Shown: positions 37,486 through 50,100 of the stretch, one piece after another
Position numbering within the stretch: position 1 is the stretch's first letter
How the letters are laid out: every line of letters starts with the position of its first letter
Source of the DNA: Geosiphon pyriformis uo1
Lineage: Eukaryota; Fungi; Glomeromycota
Reading direction: 5' to 3'
Length of the DNA stretch: 64,000 bases
NCBI GenBank assembly: GCA_016748015.1
Contig: JAAOMT010000239.1
Location: 220,356 to 284,355, forward strand
Program-made: the position numbers and the translations under genes
Notes under the pieces: model-generated
Databases searched by the model: none
What the model saw: the letters and a program-made list of their open reading frames with translations, nothing else
Told to the model about the DNA's origin: nothing

Positions 37486-37988
37486 CTTCTTGTATATGTG
37501 TGGAGCTTTCGAGTAAAACACAATTTACAATGTATAAATTCCTATAAGATATATTTAGCAAATCAAGTTTTTATTTTTCATTTTCAGCATAGCTTATTCA
37601 ACTACATTAACAAACAGACTTGCAGCATATGAACAAGTTCCATATTATTGTGTATAAATGATTCATTATAATTTTGAATGTTGTCAAAATTATTAATATG
37701 AAAATTAAATAAAAAAATTCAGAAAGCTAAAATTGTTTTTTTGAAAATATGACATATAAGTCAATAGCTGATTGGTTTACATTTTATTTAAAACATTTTC
37801 CTATTGAAAAAGATCTTTAAAAAGATTAAAATTTCTAAAAAACTATTTTAGAACAATTAATAATAAAAATAATGATATTGAGAATAAAAAGTTTATTTCA
37901 CAAAAATTTTATTCAATCTAATCAACAATAGTGTGTGAATTTAAATATTTTCATTTTTATTTTTTCTTTTCCCTTTTACTGAGCTTAA

Positions 37989-38036
37989 TATAAGTGTGGC
38001 TCATGCGGTTTCAACACGTAATCAGCCACCCTTATT
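37989..38036. repeat. Short imperfect palindromic dispersed repeat (second, decayed copy at ~2329-2370 in opposite orientation)
   Basis: TAAGTGTGGCTCATGCGGTTTCAACACGTAATCAGCCACCCTTA is self-complementary. Its reverse complement GTGGCTGATTACGTGTTGAAAC matches GTGGCTGGTTATGTGTTAAAAC near 2329 with three transitions. Confidence 0.55.
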
Positions 38037-38369
38037 TGATAAATCATAAGGATTTGTACATTTTAATAAAATGATTTTTTAAGATTAAAATTTTTAATTT
38101 TAACTATTGATTTCAACAAATAAAAAAAATTAAAATATTTTTAGATTAATATAAAATAATTTATTTATTTATTTCCATTTTATCATAATCTTTTAAATGT
38201 AAAAACCACAGTGATTCTTATCTTTTGGTTTGAGTTAATAAAAATAAAACGAGTCACACACAAAATTAAACCAATTTCCTCAAGATAACAACAGCAACAA
38301 TAATAATAATAATAATAATAATAATAATTTTTTTCACTATAACTTTATTGTTAAAAAAACAAACTTCTA

Positions 38370-38700
38370 CTAATGGGTCATATAACCCTTTCTTTTTATA
38401 ACTTCTTTAACATTGTTAGACATCGAGTCAATAAATTGAGAAATTGTCTCTAATAGAAAAGAATTTTCATGCACTAATGACTGCCTCTTCCAAGTCAGTT
38501 TATGTTCGTAGCTTTTGGTTCTGGTGAATCGGGATTTTTAACTTCCCTCCACATATTTTCTATTGGATTGAGATCTGACGATTGTGGAGGCCATTATCTT
38601 GGATTTCTTTCATAAGCTTGCACTTATGAATTAGAGTGTAATCTTTCTGGAATATTGCTTCTTTCGTCATAATGATTGGATAAACTATATCCAATATATG
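38370..38700 (-). mobile_element. Tc1/mariner transposase remnant
   Basis: IFQKDYTLIH (from 38655; consensus IFQQDNAPxH) and WPPQSSDLNPIENMW (38593-38549; consensus WPPQSPDLNPIENxW), followed by FIDSMSNNVKEVIKRKG. Frameshifted. Confidence 0.85.
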
Positions 38701-38734
38701 CTTCTGTGAGGAGTATGAATCAAATGATTCAAAC

Positions 38735-41201
38735 TAGTGTTCCTCACGGTCCAGTTTGGTCCGGGTTTTAACAAAGAACCGGACCCGAACCGGAAAACCA
38801 GTTCGGGTCTAAGAATAGACCGGACTCGACTGTAGTAGACCCGAACCGGACAAAATTATAATTAAAGATCTGCCGGAAGCCCAATTAATGAAATGTACTC
38901 GATATTTTAAACATAAGACTTACGAACTATTATTAAAATCAATTAAACTTTAAGAATTTATATAAATATATTTAGCCATCTAGTTCTCTCCACCATGATC
39001 TTAAGCACATTGCTATTCGCACCGTCTTGCCCATCAATCGATTTCGCTTATTGGTTATCATATCACCGCTAATGCTAAATACTTGCTCACTTGGGACACT
39101 TGTTGCTGGTATTGGAAGGCAGTCCCGAGCGAATTTCGCGAGATTTGGATAACTTGCTTCATTCACTCGCCACCACTCTAATACATCTGTGTTTCCATTC
39201 ACAGTTGGCATCAACAAATACGTATCTAATTCACTTCGTTCTTCAATACGTGGTCGTTTGTAAATTCGTGTTAATATATTTGTTTGAGGTGATTCTACAG
39301 TCGAGTAAGTTGTATTTCGACCAGGAATAGGTGCATATTCGCTTTCATACTTGCTAATTATGCTAAAAACAATTTATATATTAATATTTTAACTCTTACA
39401 AAAATCAAATAATTATACTTCAAACTTACATATCCTTGATTTGAATGATAAGTTGTGATGACCAGCCAAGTGCTTCGAAATACTCCAGTTTAAGCCGTGG
39501 ATCAAGTAAAACTGCTGCAATATTTAGTACGTTCGTTTTCTGATAATAATCTATAAGCTTTGCAATTGCAGTCTCACATCCTTGATCAAGCCATTGTGGT
39601 ATGTTTTCCTTCTGCCTAGTCTCTTGAAGTGTTTCAATTAATGTATGGTAGAGTGGAATAACCATTGATAATGTTGGATATTCTTGTTTTGACATCTCAA
39701 TTGTTGCTAAATCAAATATATAATTAATTAAAATAAATTACAATTACAATTTCAAATAAAAAACACCAACCATCTTTAAATGGAAGTAAAATTCCAATAA
39801 GAATTTCGATTTTTTCCCAGTCTTCTTGAGAAAGTGCATATTGGCGTAAGTCCAATTCAGAATGGGAAATGCCATCCAAAACCATTCGTAATGTTATTGC
39901 TCGTTTACACATGTCATAGGTAGAATTCCATCGAGTAGTAACATCCAAAATTGGCTTTAATATTTCCATATTTTGTAATAGACACATTATTTTCAACTTT
40001 TTAGAGCGTATTTTTGATGCTCTAATGCCTTTAATTAATGCACGTAACTAAAAATAAAAATATAATAAATAAAAAATTCTACAAATATTTTAATAAATAA
40101 AAACTACCAACCTTTTCTAATTCATTTCCTATATCTTTAAACATGCTTTGTACAGCAATATCTAAGATATGACCAAAGCATCGTATTGACTGTTGTATAC
40201 TATCAAATTGAATACCAATTTGTAGAATTAGAAAAATCTTGTAAAAATTTATCATTAGCAGATGCATTATCACGTGTGATTGATATTATTTTTGAAATAA
40301 TTCCCATTGAACAAAGACAATCTTCCATGGCATTGGCGATTTCAGAGCCATTATGTTGTCCATCCATATGAATAAAATCGAGCAAAAGATGTTTCATCAT
40401 CCATGATTCATTTAGATAATGAATAGTAATTGCCATAAAAGATTTGTCATTGGTATTAGTTTTCCAGATATCTGTAGTTATTGCAATACGTCCTGGAATC
40501 TGTTGTAATTTTTGTTGTAACCGTTCACGTTCTTTTTCAAAATCACTTGTAATATGTCTTTTTATTAAATCTGATGATAATGCTATAAAATTTTAAATAA
40601 ATAAATAAAATAAATAAATATAATTCTAAAATAAAATATTAAATATTATACCTGTTGTATGAGGTTCCAAATATGTAAATATTGATCTAAGTCCATCATC
40701 TTCAATTATATGAAATGGTCGATTATGTTTAATAATCCATTGTTTAACAAGATTAATAAATTCTTCGGAATTGAATGATTCATGATGTGATTTATAGTCT
40801 AATAATTGTATATAATATTATAAAATTATATTAAAAATATCAAATTGAAAATATAATTTAACACTTACAGCTTTATTTTTTGAAATATCTAAAACCGAAT
40901 CTTTCTGTTTTATACTTGATTCTTTTAATTCAGGTACTTTGTTTTTATGGAGAGATTTGAGATGTTTTCGAAAGCTTGAAGTTGATCCATCAACTTGAAT
41001 TTTTAAACTTTTGCCACAATATTCACATAATGCAACTAATATAATTAATCCATTTTTATCTTTAATTTTTTGTTTTTTAAAGTGATTCCATACGAATGAT
41101 CTATAAATAAATATAATTAATATATATACAAAGTAAATTTAATATAAAATTTTAAAATAAAAATATATTACCTATTAGAAGCTGTTTCACTTGATAGTAA
41201 T

Positions 41202-41241
<40 letters not shown>

Positions 41242-41606
41242 CTTCTTCCTCTTTAGATTCATTCAAGTAAATTATATTTGTTTGTTCTTGAGTTTCATTG
41301 TAAGTTTCATCAAAAGAAATTGTAGATGGGCTTGACATTTTTTTATTATTTTAAAGCAGTATGTAAAAAATTTTATAAAATAAAATAAAAAGAAACGAAA
41401 AATAACTAGTTTAAATTTATGACGTTAGTGTATTATGAAAAGGATGTAATCTATATGAAAAGCAGCCAATCAGCTTCATATTATTATTTTACAAGTTCGG
41501 GTCCGGGTCTCTATTAAGGCCCGGGAACCGATTAGATCTGCAAAACTAGAGATCCGAACCGACCCGTTAGGTCAGGTCCGGTTGGGTCCGGGTCTGCGGA
41601 ACACTA
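38735..41606 (-). mobile_element. hAT DNA transposon, 2872 bp, full length
   Basis: TIRs TAGTGTTCC(T/G)CA at both ends, GC-rich subterminal CCGGAC/CCGAAC repeats, and a flanking duplication containing ATTCAAAC (38727-34 and 41611-18). Confidence 0.93.
38972..41338 (-). CDS. hAT transposase (BED finger, DDE core, dimerisation domain), 7 exons, two apparent 1-nt frameshifts
   Basis: Exons 41338-41172, 41100-40869, 40798-40652, 40582-40112, 40047-39771, 39706-39430, 39362-38972. Motifs VWNHF..CEYC..GSTSSFRKHL, ITTDIW, ITRDNASAN, CFGH, TRWNST, WW..YP.LA..ATSVPSEQVFS. Shifts near 40790 and 40220. Confidence 0.88.
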
Positions 41607-44600
41607 AATAATTCAAACTTTGTCTATGTATTGAAAAATTTTTTAAGGTATATATTTTATCACTGTCAGATTGTACATGTACTACCTACGAACACATGAT
41701 ATCAAAAAGCATTTTAGAAAATAATAATGGATTTGAAGGTTATTCTAAAAAAAAAGTATGCTCAGAAGACTGGTCCAACATTTTATAGAAAATTATCAGC
41801 TCTTTAAGTTTACTCGAAATCATTCTATTTGAATGGTTTTAATTATGTATTCCTCAGAATGACTAAATTCTTTATACCATGGATTCGGATCCGATTCTCC
41901 CAAACATAGATCAACAGTTTTGTCAGCATTCAAAAAATTTTCAGAGTACTAAATCATTTTTAGTTGTGGGAATATGTTCATTTGTTAGGTTTTTGCTTAT
42001 TACAATTATTCCAATTATTTTAATGCACCTAATATTGACCGCACTCCATATACCAATTATTGACGAAGAGAAGTTTTAATTAAAATTAAAATTTACAATT
42101 GCTTTTCGCAAAAAATATAATATACTGTAATCTTTATATATTGATATTTCTGCTCAATATTGTTCAAGCTCATAAAAATTTTTTATGGATTTTTAGTGTG
42201 TGTAATATTCTTTTTTAGAAAATTAACCTTCAACTTGAAATTTATATCTTGGAGTTTATTAAGTTTCATGTTTGACAAAATTATGTTTTCTAATCGTAGA
42301 AAGAGTTAATTTAAGGGAATTGGTTAGAAAGTTTCAAGAAAAACATCAATCTTTTTATATATATGTTTTTCATCTTTGCATTCATGATCCCATTTTTTTC
42401 AAATTTTCTCAATTATTTCTAAAGTAAGGGTCTTGAAAAATATTATAAATTAACGATTAGAACTTGATATTGAATATAATTTACGCAAAAAATAATCTTT
42501 CTTTCGATTAGGGTTTTGATTAATGGCAGCTATACATAAAAATGTCATTTAAATTTGATTTTGGCTGTGGAAATTTTAAAAGCTCCAGTATTTTCCTAAT
42601 ATTGATGTGTTCAAGAATTTCTTTCTTTTTCAATCCACCATAGCTTCACAAACATCAGGATAATTGCAGTAATCGATATGATGATACATGTTTAGGTTTT
42701 CACAAAGTTATAAAACAATTCAATTTTATTACTTGCTGGATAAACTCATGATTAAGGAACAAAAGTTGTTTTAATTCTCACTATATGACAAAAAAACAAA
42801 ATTACCGCGATTTCCCACTGTCAACCGATGTTCTACAATGGTGAATAGTAGATTCTTAAAAAATGAATAAGATCTTTGTAACTCGAAGACTGAATAATTC
42901 AATTATTTATCTTCAAACTTCTCTTGGCACAAAAAAGTTATTAAATATATATTTCTGTGTACAGTGAATAATTAGAAATCTCATATTTCTGAAAAATTTC
43001 ATTCAATTATAAGCTGAAATTTTGGCAACTCCAATAGTGTAATAAAAATTGCTTATCATTTTTACTATTGCAATCTGGGCCATAGGTTATTTGTGCACTA
43101 AGGTAAATCTAAAATGATTAAGAGTGTTCAAAAAAATCATGACACAATAGCAATTCATTTCTTTAAAATAAATTTTAATTTATATTACAATAATGAAAAT
43201 TGTGTTTTTTTTTTCTCTCTTTCATGTGAAGCCCCACATCAGAGAAATAATCTCGAAAGAATTTATGTTTATTCTTTTCTTCATGTACATGCTTTTCTAT
43301 CATGTTTGAATTTCCAGGGAGGGTCTTAATGCAACACAAAAATCTTTCAGAGTTTGGTAATACTACATATTTTCCAAGCGGCATTTAATTAGCTAAACCT
43401 AATTTTAACAACAGTTGCAGATTTTTCATTAAATTCAAAACTTTTTCTTTTACAATAGCTGTTGGCTCAGTAATAATTTTGCAGATAAGGTTTCCAACTT
43501 GGACAATTTTATTAGTCATTTAGAACCACTTTATTTACCCGCAAAAATGTTCAATGCCTTCTTCTAAGTCATGAAAATATTCTTGACTTTCGCATCATCG
43601 ATGGCAATTGCTTATTGAACATTCAATAAGGCAAACATCATTTTCACATTATGCACTGAATGAATTTCCTCATATAGAATATATTTGATAAATTAAATTA
43701 AAAAGAAATACTTGTAATAAACTTTTAAAAATTAGGAAAATATTTTAAAGTAGAACTTAAAATGCAAGTATAATAAAATTTGTATTTCCTTTTGTGTCTT
43801 GGTGAACAGGATCTTATTTTCAATACTATCACTCATGAGATCGTAAATTCCCAGTAGGAGAGGTTTTTGTACAGTGTACATTCGAATATTCCTTAATGAT
43901 TGACTTAAACATCTGGCAAGTGGTACAGTGAACTATGCAAAATCGAGTTATGCAGACATTCTTATACATTATAAGTTAATAGAAAAACCATATTCCAGTA
44001 ATACATAACGCACCCTGGACACTGGCATTCAGGGAAAGGCCTGGAGACCAACGCCAAACATCTAAATGCAGGACTTAATGACCATACGATATTCGAAATG
44101 TGAAGACTGGTAACAAAGAATGAAATGAAATCAACCACTTTCCTAGAAATTTTTCAATGTTTGTAGCTTTAAGAAGGGATAAATAATCTATGAAGTTACA
44201 ATTGTGATGTCTTGATCAATATTCTTGTTTTTTTTTTTTTAAGAAAACTGGTTATTAACTTCTTCATTATTCCCTCATCTCTTTTTTTTTTAGTTAAGAT
44301 TGCTTGGAGAAAGCGTTTTTCAAAATTTAATAACATCTTCTTTGCCTTGTTTTAGCGTTCTCGTGAAAATTGGATTTTCAATCAAGAGTCTGCAGCAGCA
44401 CCGAATATAGATCTTTTTTGAAGTCGTTAATTGTTTCAACAAATAATTTTGCTTTTGATGCAGTATATTCAAAGCTGGGTAGGGTGTACAATTGAAAAAA
44501 TCTTTGACGATTGACTCAAACATTTAGTAAGAGGTACAGTTAGATGTGGAGACAGTGACAATTTCTATTTAAATTCTTTTTTTTTTTTACAAATTGAAAA

Positions 44601-45572
44601 TTCAACTTTCTTGTTGTTAAAAATTTATTTCAATATAAAGTTTTTAACATAAAATTTCATGATTTACAAAAAAAAATCAAAGGCCAAAATCTTTGATTAA
44701 TAACAATATTCACATCTCAAACTTTCTTTTGATCCAAAATTTATGAGTATTCATAATTACATGCATCTGAATTTTTCATAAAAACAGTCAGTCAGTCAAT
44801 AGAACTTAGAAAATAATCAACTACTAGATATTTTTTCCCTAGTTCAAAGCCACATACACTTGAACTCTGCATATTTGTTTCTCCGAAAATTAATCGGGAT
44901 GTTTTTCAGTGCACAAGTTTATGTTCGGGAAACAATCTAACTTGTAATGAACAGAAATGCCTATCGAAAATAGATCACTGCATTGATCTTTGATAAATAA
45001 TTGTAACCGTTTCAAAAATTTCTTGTTTTATTATCCATAGAAATTGTATGTCAGCGGTATTTCCATTATTAGCAATAAATTTAGGTTTTGTGCATCCGAA
45101 ATTTGGTAAAGAATTTTTGTATTCAAGAACTAATTCATTAACCTAAATTTTAAAGAAAACCCTTTTTTAGGATTTTAATCTCTTTTAACTTCTCTTTTAG
45201 TACCCCCTGTTCTAACATATGTCTTTGCGATAATTTCCCATAAGAGGAATGAAACAATTTTTGGTGTCATATGTACTGTTGTATGAAAATAGTAGTTTTA
45301 CTCTTTGTTTAATTTTTTTGGATTTTCGAAATGTGAAAATTATTTTTGTTGTTGTGTTTGTATCCTCCTCGTGACACTAATAAAACGAAAATATTACCAA
45401 ATTTTTTTTCTAGTAAAGACTAGATCGTCGAAGCTGGAAAACGATCTGGCTGAATTAGTTTAAATACCCAATTAAGGTAATCAGTTTAACAGCTCCCCAT
45501 GTCGGATGACAACAATCAAAGTTTAGCTCGTTGTTAGTCTCCTAAATTCATTAATTCGTGTAAGTCGGACAG

Positions 45573-45611
<39 letters not shown>

Positions 45612-46408
45612 AAATCATAACTGATAATCTAAGGCTCTAGAATTAATTCCACAAAATAATTTATTTTAAAAAAATTTGTAAATGCTTTTAGAATCATTTT
45701 CATAATTTTTGGTGAAAATATTTTCAAGGTTCGTTCTCAAATTGTTTGTTGCTTAAATAAAAAAATAAAAAATAAAAAAAGTAAAAATGATCAGAAATCT
45801 ACTTGAATAAATGATCGCCTTTTAAAAAATGATTTGACAAGCTTACTCTTATTTATGTTATCAGGCGTCATTCAATTTTTTCGCTGGTTTGTGCGAGTCG
45901 TGTTCAAAACACTTGTGTATAAAACGTATCAGGAGCCAATCTACATTTTTCATTCCTAATTTTGATGACTCGAGCTGTCTCCGGTCAATATTCATCATCA
46001 TCCTCATCATCATTTTGTAAATCGACCAGGCACAATGCAGCAAGGAGTAGACCTCCTACATTCAGTCAGTCATAGTATTACAAACTAGATTTCATTTATT
46101 TCGATTAGAAAATTCTTTCGTGTGCCCTGAATCAAATTAGGGTGACGAAATTTTTTTTAAATATATGAAGCCAATTTAAATTTTTTTTACTAGTAATACT
46201 AATTAAACGATTAAACAATTGATAATCCCTTTCGTTACTTATATATTTAACTAAAGACTTCCAGACAACTTTTCCATCCTTTTATTCTTTTCTTTTTTTT
46301 CTCTTTCTTCACTGTTCTTTTAATCAGTTATCTTAAAATCTATTTCTAGTCCCTAAACGAAACGCTTTCTCTCAAAATAAATTATTTCATAAAGCAATTT
46401 GATACATA

Positions 46409-47195
46409 ATGAAGACCATATCGTCACTTGTATCTTTTCTGATTGTCATTATTACCTTTTCGTCTTTGGTAATTCTTGTACCGAGCGTTGAAGGCGCTTG
46501 TGGCGCTCTAAACGTTTTCCAGACTTGTAAAGCAGGACAAGCTGCGGAATTAGCAAAATGTCCTCCAGCTGATTGGGCTTGTCAGTGCCAAAAGAATAAA
46601 GGTTAGTTATCTGTAAAAAGAAAGAAGAGAGAATGAAAAGAAAGATGATTTAAAAAAGATTATTGAGCAATGAACAGAAAAATTTTATTCCAATCATTTA
46701 ATCTGAAATTTTCATATTTTTTTCTCTCATTAGATCTATACACTTGTTACCTACAATGTCCCAATGACCCGACCATTAGTGCCGAAGGCCAAGCTCTTGT
46801 GGTATTTACAACAAACACTATAGAATTGTGAAATTTGAATTATAAGTTTTGATTTACATACTAAAAACATTGAATTTAAACTTCTAATATCACTCTCAAC
46901 CCAATAACAGGGATCAAACATTGGTATCTGTAATGCTGCCGATAACGCATCCTCAATCTCAGCTGCAAAAACCAAAACCTCTACTTCCACTACTTCTACT
47001 AGTTCCACCACAACCACCGGAACCTTAACTTCAACCTCGTCTAGCAGCTCGTCGAAATCTACTTCCACTGAATCTAGTTCCTCACCAACCCCTACAAAGA
47101 ATGCAGCTCCTAGTTTCCTTAAATCTGGAAATGGCTTCTGGTTTGGTGCTAGTGGTCTTTTCCTTGCTGGGATTCTTCCATTTTTGATGTTGTAG
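46409..47195 (+). CDS. GPI-anchored Ser/Thr-rich cell-surface protein with 8-Cys N-terminal domain
   Basis: Exons 46409-46601, 46734-46801, 46911-47195. Signal peptide, then CGALNVFQTC..C..DWACQC..CYLQCP..C, an S/T stalk, an omega-like KNAA and a hydrophobic C-terminus. Confidence 0.9.
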
Positions 47196-50100
47196 GTAGA
47201 GATGAAGAAACAAGAGAAATTTAAAAGAAAATGGAGCTATAATTTTAGAGGGATCAAAATATCTACCATATAAATCGCGACAACTTTAAAGATTGAGTTA
47301 ATATTGGTTTTTCACTAATGGCGTTAAATATTCGGATACTAAAAAGATAAACTAGATTATATAGAATTTTAATGGGGATGAACATTATGTTTTGCCTTTT
47401 TCTAATTTTTAATATAACCCTCAAAGATGTTTGTTTTAAATTTTGTTTGCTCTCCTTTATAAATGTGAAAATTAAAATTAAAAGGACGATCGCAAAATAG
47501 ATAATAGGTTTTTGTATTTTTGAATTGTATCAACAAAACGATATTATTAAACTCATTTAAGAAAAATTTAATGGTTGAATTTCCAAATAAAATTTTCTCA
47601 CTACTTAGTATATTGATTTTTTAGGCACTTTGTAACTGATAAAATTTTAAAGAAAAATATTTCATTAATTAAAAGTTTCATAGATGAGACCGAAAAATTG
47701 AATTCAATAGACCTAGTGGTTTAAATCTTTATTAATTCTAATCCAGTTTTCTTAACAATTAGAATTGTATGGAATAGAAGATTATTGATTTGATCGCATG
47801 AAATCTAAAATGATAACTATTTTGAAAAATTTAAGAGGATAAAAAAGAATCCAATTTTTTTTGAAAAAGAACATTTAAAGAAATATTTATTCACTTGGTT
47901 TTACCAATTTCAAAAAAGGATTCATATTCTAACTTTTTTTCATTAACTTGATTTATTTTCTTTAATACTGACTAGAAATAAAATATATTATATTATAATA
48001 AATAAAAAAATTATATTAAAAATAAAAATTTTTTTTTATTGAATAAATATTAAATTTAATTATACCTTGTTTCAAATCCAAATCCAAATCCAAATTCAAA
48101 TAATATTTTAATATTACCAAGAATTATTGAGATACGATAATTGTAAAAAATTTTGTGATTCCAAAAAAAAAATTTATACGACTAATTGGTTTGTTATTAA
48201 TCAAAATTTTCATATTAGTAATTGAAGAACAAAATTAGATTTTTTGCCTTTAATCATATTTTAAAATTTCAAAAAATATAATAATTAATAATTCTTTTTT
48301 TGTTGCTATATAAAAAATTTGGAAATAATATTTGATTTACATGTTTAAAAATTTACGAATTTAGCCGTTACTAAAAACTAATTAATATATATATATATAT
48401 ATTAAATATTTTAAATATTTTATCGATGTAAGGCAGATATATTCTTTTTTCCATAAAATTTTCATTTGACATTTTCGAAGAATCATTGCTTAATTAAAAC
48501 TATTTTAAAACTAATTTAAAACTAATTTAAAACTATTTAAAATCGAATAAAAATTAAACATATATTTAAATAAAACTTTTTAGATTTTACAAAAATTAAA
48601 GAAATCAGTTCAATAATCATTAATTTTAGTTTTAAAAAGATTGTGTATTTGACTAATTTAAACAAAACCTTTTTAATATTAAAATTTTGATAAAATGCTT
48701 TAAGAAAAATTTTGTTTTACTCAAATAATACCACTGAATATTTGTTTAATGACAAGAATTTCTTATAATCCTTCTAAATCCAATATTATCAAATGCTTTA
48801 AAATTTTCAAAATAGTTTCAATTAGTTAATTATTAATATATATAACCAATATATATATATATATATATAATTTTAAAAAATTCAAAATTTTTCAATGAAA
48901 AAAAGTGTTTTTTTATTTACATATATTAGAATAAAAAATTTAAATCAAACTTGTATTTTTCTTTTGATTAAATAGTTTTTATATATAATAAGACTAAAAT
49001 AAAATGTCAATTTAATAAAAAAATTTAATTTTATTAAATTGTGATAAAGGAAATTTTTGGACAAACACTTTGATTAAGTTTTTCAAAAAAAAAATTGGTA
49101 AATATTAACACATAATAATTAAAGTTATGAAAATTATGATTAAAATTTTAAGTTGATCTTTTTGAAAAAAAAAAAAAAAAATGTAATACTATTTATAGTT
49201 TATAAATTTTTTAGACACATGAAAAAAGAAAATTTAATAATATGCTAATTTTAAAATAATTCAATTATTAACGACTATTTTCGTTAATTTTGATATTATT
49301 TATAGAAACACGTATTAACATTAAATAGTCATTTTAATATTTTTATTAATTTTTAAAAACTAAATATACATTTTTATCTTGACTTTAAAAATACTAGGTG
49401 TTAAATATTTTGATTAATCTTTATTTCAATGACAAAACAGTTATATATTTAAAACGTAAACTTTCTTTTATATCATTATTTTCTATTAGATTTAAAATAA
49501 TTTTCTGATAATCAAAACTCTTATAGAATTAAAAAGCATATAGTGCTTTATTGCATATGTTTAATTAATATTTATATTGTTCGTAGCTTATATCAATTCC
49601 CTTTTTGAAAAAAATATTTTCTTACTGATATGTTGATATAATATTTTTAAATAATCATATTATAATTAAATAGTTAACCACAAATATTAGGGAGCTTATT
49701 AGGTTATCAAACAATATCCCGAAAAAAAATTATTATTAATCTAAAAATATTTATTTTAATATTTTTATTGGATATTATAAGTAATTAAAGAGTTAAAAGA
49801 TAAATTTAATTTTAAAAATACTTTTTTCTAAAGTTCAGTCATATCACATTCAACTAATTATTTAAATATCTTTAATCCTAAGCTTTTGTAGTTTTCTTTA
49901 AAATCTAAATTCATTGCGAATTCAAAAGATTTATTCAAATTCTGCTAAAATTTTATTAGTTTTTTTTTATTACAATTATATTAATATTTCTGGGAAAATT
50001 ATAAATTCATAAAATTTTGTTTGAATTCAATTAGTCAAGTATGTAAACAAATTAATATCAAATTTATAATTTAATTTAATATAAAGAGTTAGAAATTTAC

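Noticed and set aside
38745-38850. GC-rich short repeats resembling a CRISPR array or iterons (also 41495-41600, 61935-62075)
   Set aside because: Irregular 5-7-nt motifs without spacers; they are hAT subterminal repeats.
43250-44110. Higher-GC patch, possibly a LINE remnant on the minus strand
   Set aside because: No diagnostic RT, endonuclease or RNase H motif could be read.
46751-47068. Val/Glu-rich minus-strand ORF
   Set aside because: Antisense shadow of the Ser/Thr stalk of the GPI protein.
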